Assembly: GCA_035221665.1 (NCBI GenBank)
Contig: CM069146.1
Location: 10,540,001-10,604,000 of the forward strand
DNA length: 64,000 nt
Direction: 5' to 3'
Source: Okamejei kenojei
Lineage: Eukaryota
A model generated the notes under the pieces. That model saw only the letters and a program-made list of their open reading frames with translations, was not told the DNA's origin and did not search any database. Shown in pieces: positions 61,815 through 64,000 of the stretch. The position numbers and the translations under genes are program-made. Within the stretch, counting starts at the first letter, position 1. Every line of letters starts with the position of its first letter.

Positions 61815-62357
61815 CTTATCTAACCTTGCCTTTTAACTCAAGCCCTCCAGTCCAGCCAACATGCCTGCGATTTTTTTCTGCACCCTCTCTAACTTAATCA
61901 CATCCCTCCCTAGCATGGCATCCAGAACTGCACACAATCACAGCCCTCTTCACAATTAGTAAAATTTAGTAAGTGAAAAATATCATTAAAATATATTGAA
62001 TTGATGCAATAGTTCCCATCTGACTAGTTAGCTACAGATATAACAAAATTTTAAAGGACCATGAGCACCCATAAAGTATTTTATGACATCAAGTGCACAG
62101 CCAAGAATTGGCAAGAGTCTTTGCCTGACTGAACTATACAGGTGGGCATAAGAACTTGCAAAAAATTAAATTAAAAAAATGTAGTTCAACAAAATCTAGC
62201 TGTCACTGCATATAATTCACATCCTTATGTACCACCCATTTCTATTAAAATTGGCTGATCTCCACTTTCAAAGTATTCGATGACAAAACATTCCACAGTC
62301 CACAGGAAGAGTCACAGAATTTTTGAAATTATCCTAATCCTAAATGTTGACAGTTGC

Positions 62358-62757
62358 ATCAGGATACAAGTGACAGGAAAAAAGGAAGCATGGAAAGGAA
62401 ATGGAGCCAGCCCTTATCTCAAGGGGATATGGAGAAAGAGTGGAAAGGTGGTAGCCCCCTGTTGCATTAGGCAGACACTGATGGAACTCCACCATGGAGT
62501 TTAGAAGGCCAAAAGGACATCCCAAAAATGGGTAGATGTGCTACCTACCGTCTTGATAAACCCCCAACCGGACTATTAACCTATGAACTAATGACGGGAA
62601 GAGCAATGCAATTACCACATGGGATAGTTATGCGGGAGAGGAAGTAGGACCAGTAAGCGACCGGATACGCAAGTATGTAGTGGAACTTAGTCAGTTAAAG
62701 GGAATGAGACAGAAAGTACGAGAGAGACAAGAAGAAAATTGACAGAAGTTGACTCCT
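62358..62757 (+). mobile_element. Endogenous retrovirus (class I-like) pol/integrase remnant with the core deleted
   Basis: KKEAWKGNGA...GIWRKSGKVVAP...LMELHHGV (integrase N-terminus), then KWVDVLPTVL, TGLLTYELMTGRAMQLP and RIRKYVVELSQLK (integrase C-terminus) across frameshifts. Confidence 0.7.
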
Positions 62758-62828
62758 TATCCTGACATTATGGCCTGAAGCTCTTGACTATGTTTCATTG
62801 GGATGTCCTTTTGGCCTTCTAAACTCCA
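62495..62828. repeat. Perfect 31-bp inverted repeat, arms 62495-62525 and 62798-62828
   Basis: TGGAGTTTAGAAGGCCAAAAGGACATCCCAA and its reverse complement TTGGGATGTCCTTTTGGCCTTCTAAACTCCA. Confidence 0.95.
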
Positions 62829-63190
62829 ATGAGTATAGGCGAACCATATTGCAATATCTTTTCCAAGCATTTATGTGGACCTACATTGCACTGACTCCCA
62901 GACAACTCACCCTGTATACCCAGTTTCAGCAGAGGAGAGACTAATGAAGGGATTGAATTGAAAATAGCAATTTTTCCTATTAATTGTGTAATTAAACATT
63001 CATGCTACTCGAAGCAAAGAGTAAAAGTTTACATAATACCCTCAACATCCGATTACCTTGGGGGTATAGATTAGGAATGCAATCAGGCTTTATCCAAGGG
63101 AAGGGAAATTAAAAACTAAAGGGCATTATTTATAACCAGACAATAATAGTGCAAACTGGAGTATGTAGTGTAACCTAAATAAAGTCCATA

Positions 63191-63676
63191 GTAGACAATA
63201 GGCAATAGACAATATGTGCAGGAGTAGGCCCTTTGAGCCAGCACCACCATTCAATGTGATCATGGCTGATCATCCACAATCAGTACTCCATTCCTGCCTG
63301 CTCTCTATATCCCCTGACTCCGCCATCTTTAAGAGCCCTATCTAGCTCTCTCTTGAAAGTGTCCAGAGAACCGGCCTCCACCGCCCTCTGAGGCAGGGAA
63401 TTCCACAGACTCACAATGCTCTGTATGAAAAAGTATTTCCTCATCTCCGTTCTAAATGGCTTACCCCTTATTCTTAAACTGTGGCCCCTGGTTCTGAACT
63501 CCCCCAACATCAGGAATATGTTCCCTGCCTCTAGCATGTCCAAACCCTTAATAATCTTATATGTTTCAATAAGATCCCCTCTAATCCTTCTAAATTCCAG
63601 AGTATACAAGCCCAGCCGCTGCATTCTCTCAGCATATGACAGTCCTGCCATCCCGAGAATTAACCTTGTGAACCTA
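63191..63676 (-). mobile_element. Young CR1 3' fragment
   Basis: ORF 63280-63696 reads RFTRLI.GM.GLSY.ER...LEFRR.RGDLIE...TRGHSL...WNSLPQ, with a (TAGACAA)n-like tail. Confidence 0.92.
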
Positions 63677-63734
63677 ACAATTATTAAGTAGATCATTGCT
63701 GAGAAAGGGTTATGGTTTTGCTTGTACAGAGTGG

Positions 63735-64000
63735 TTCAAGAGCTTGATGGTTGGAGGAAACAAGCTGTCTTGAACCCGAGGGTCACGATTCTCAGGCTCC
63801 TACATCTTGTCCCCGCTGGTAGCAGTGACATGAGAGCATGGCCAGGATGGTGTGGGTCTTGGATGATATTCACTGTCTTTTTCAGACAGCACCTCCTGTA
63901 GATCCCTTCAGTGCTGGGAAGGTCAAAACACATGATGGACCTGTAGTCTCCTTTATTCTTCTGCACTCAAGTTACCGAACCAGGCTGTGACACAACCAGT
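63735..64000 (-). mobile_element. Rex1/Babar LINE fragment running off the window end
   Basis: DLPSTEGIYRRCCLKK...IIQDPHHPGHAL.SLLPAG. Confidence 0.8.

Larger units (their letters stand above)
61200..61940 (-). mobile_element. CR1 3' fragment interrupted by a tRNA-CR1 chimera
   Basis: ...AAACAAACCCAGC (to 61604) resumes as TTATCTAACC (from ~61816). Confidence 0.7.

Noticed and set aside
62340-62525. Minus-strand GCPFGLLNS...FHQCL resembling an RT motif
   Set aside because: It spans the templated insert, and the plus strand gives a coherent integrase reading.
62495-62828. MITE bounded by 31-bp TIRs
   Set aside because: There is no TSD, and the integrase reading continues outside the left arm.
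1-64000. CRISPR arrays, prokaryotic operons or defence systems
   Set aside because: The DNA is eukaryotic with no regular repeat-spacer arrays, and the recombinase and MTase-like domains belong to the DIRS element.

Overview
This is AT-rich, repeat-dense vertebrate nuclear DNA. The repeat set (HE1-type V-SINEs, CR1, Deu-domain SINEs, Rex1/Babar, Penelope-like elements, RTE, L2, L1) suggests a cartilaginous fish, probably a skate or ray; that is an inference. No host gene is recognisable by name, although several minus-strand exon-like segments lie between about 2.3 and 15 kb. Main structures: (1) a full-length but multiply inactivated DIRS1-type tyrosine-recombinase retrotransposon (17232-21720) with ITRs and ICR, integrated through an ATTTTA core into an old RTE LINE; (2) a 5'-truncated Penelope-like element (56391-58337) plus many short copies of its hammerhead-like terminal repeat, several forming asymmetric inverted structures with 13-15 bp target-site duplications; (3) a pre-tRNA-Phe/CR1-tail chimera resembling a nascent SINE (61605-61814); (4) an endogenous retrovirus integrase remnant whose core is deleted and replaced by an inverted templated copy (62358-62828). 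Family calls were made by eye from motif recall with no database search, and boundaries of old repeats are approximate.
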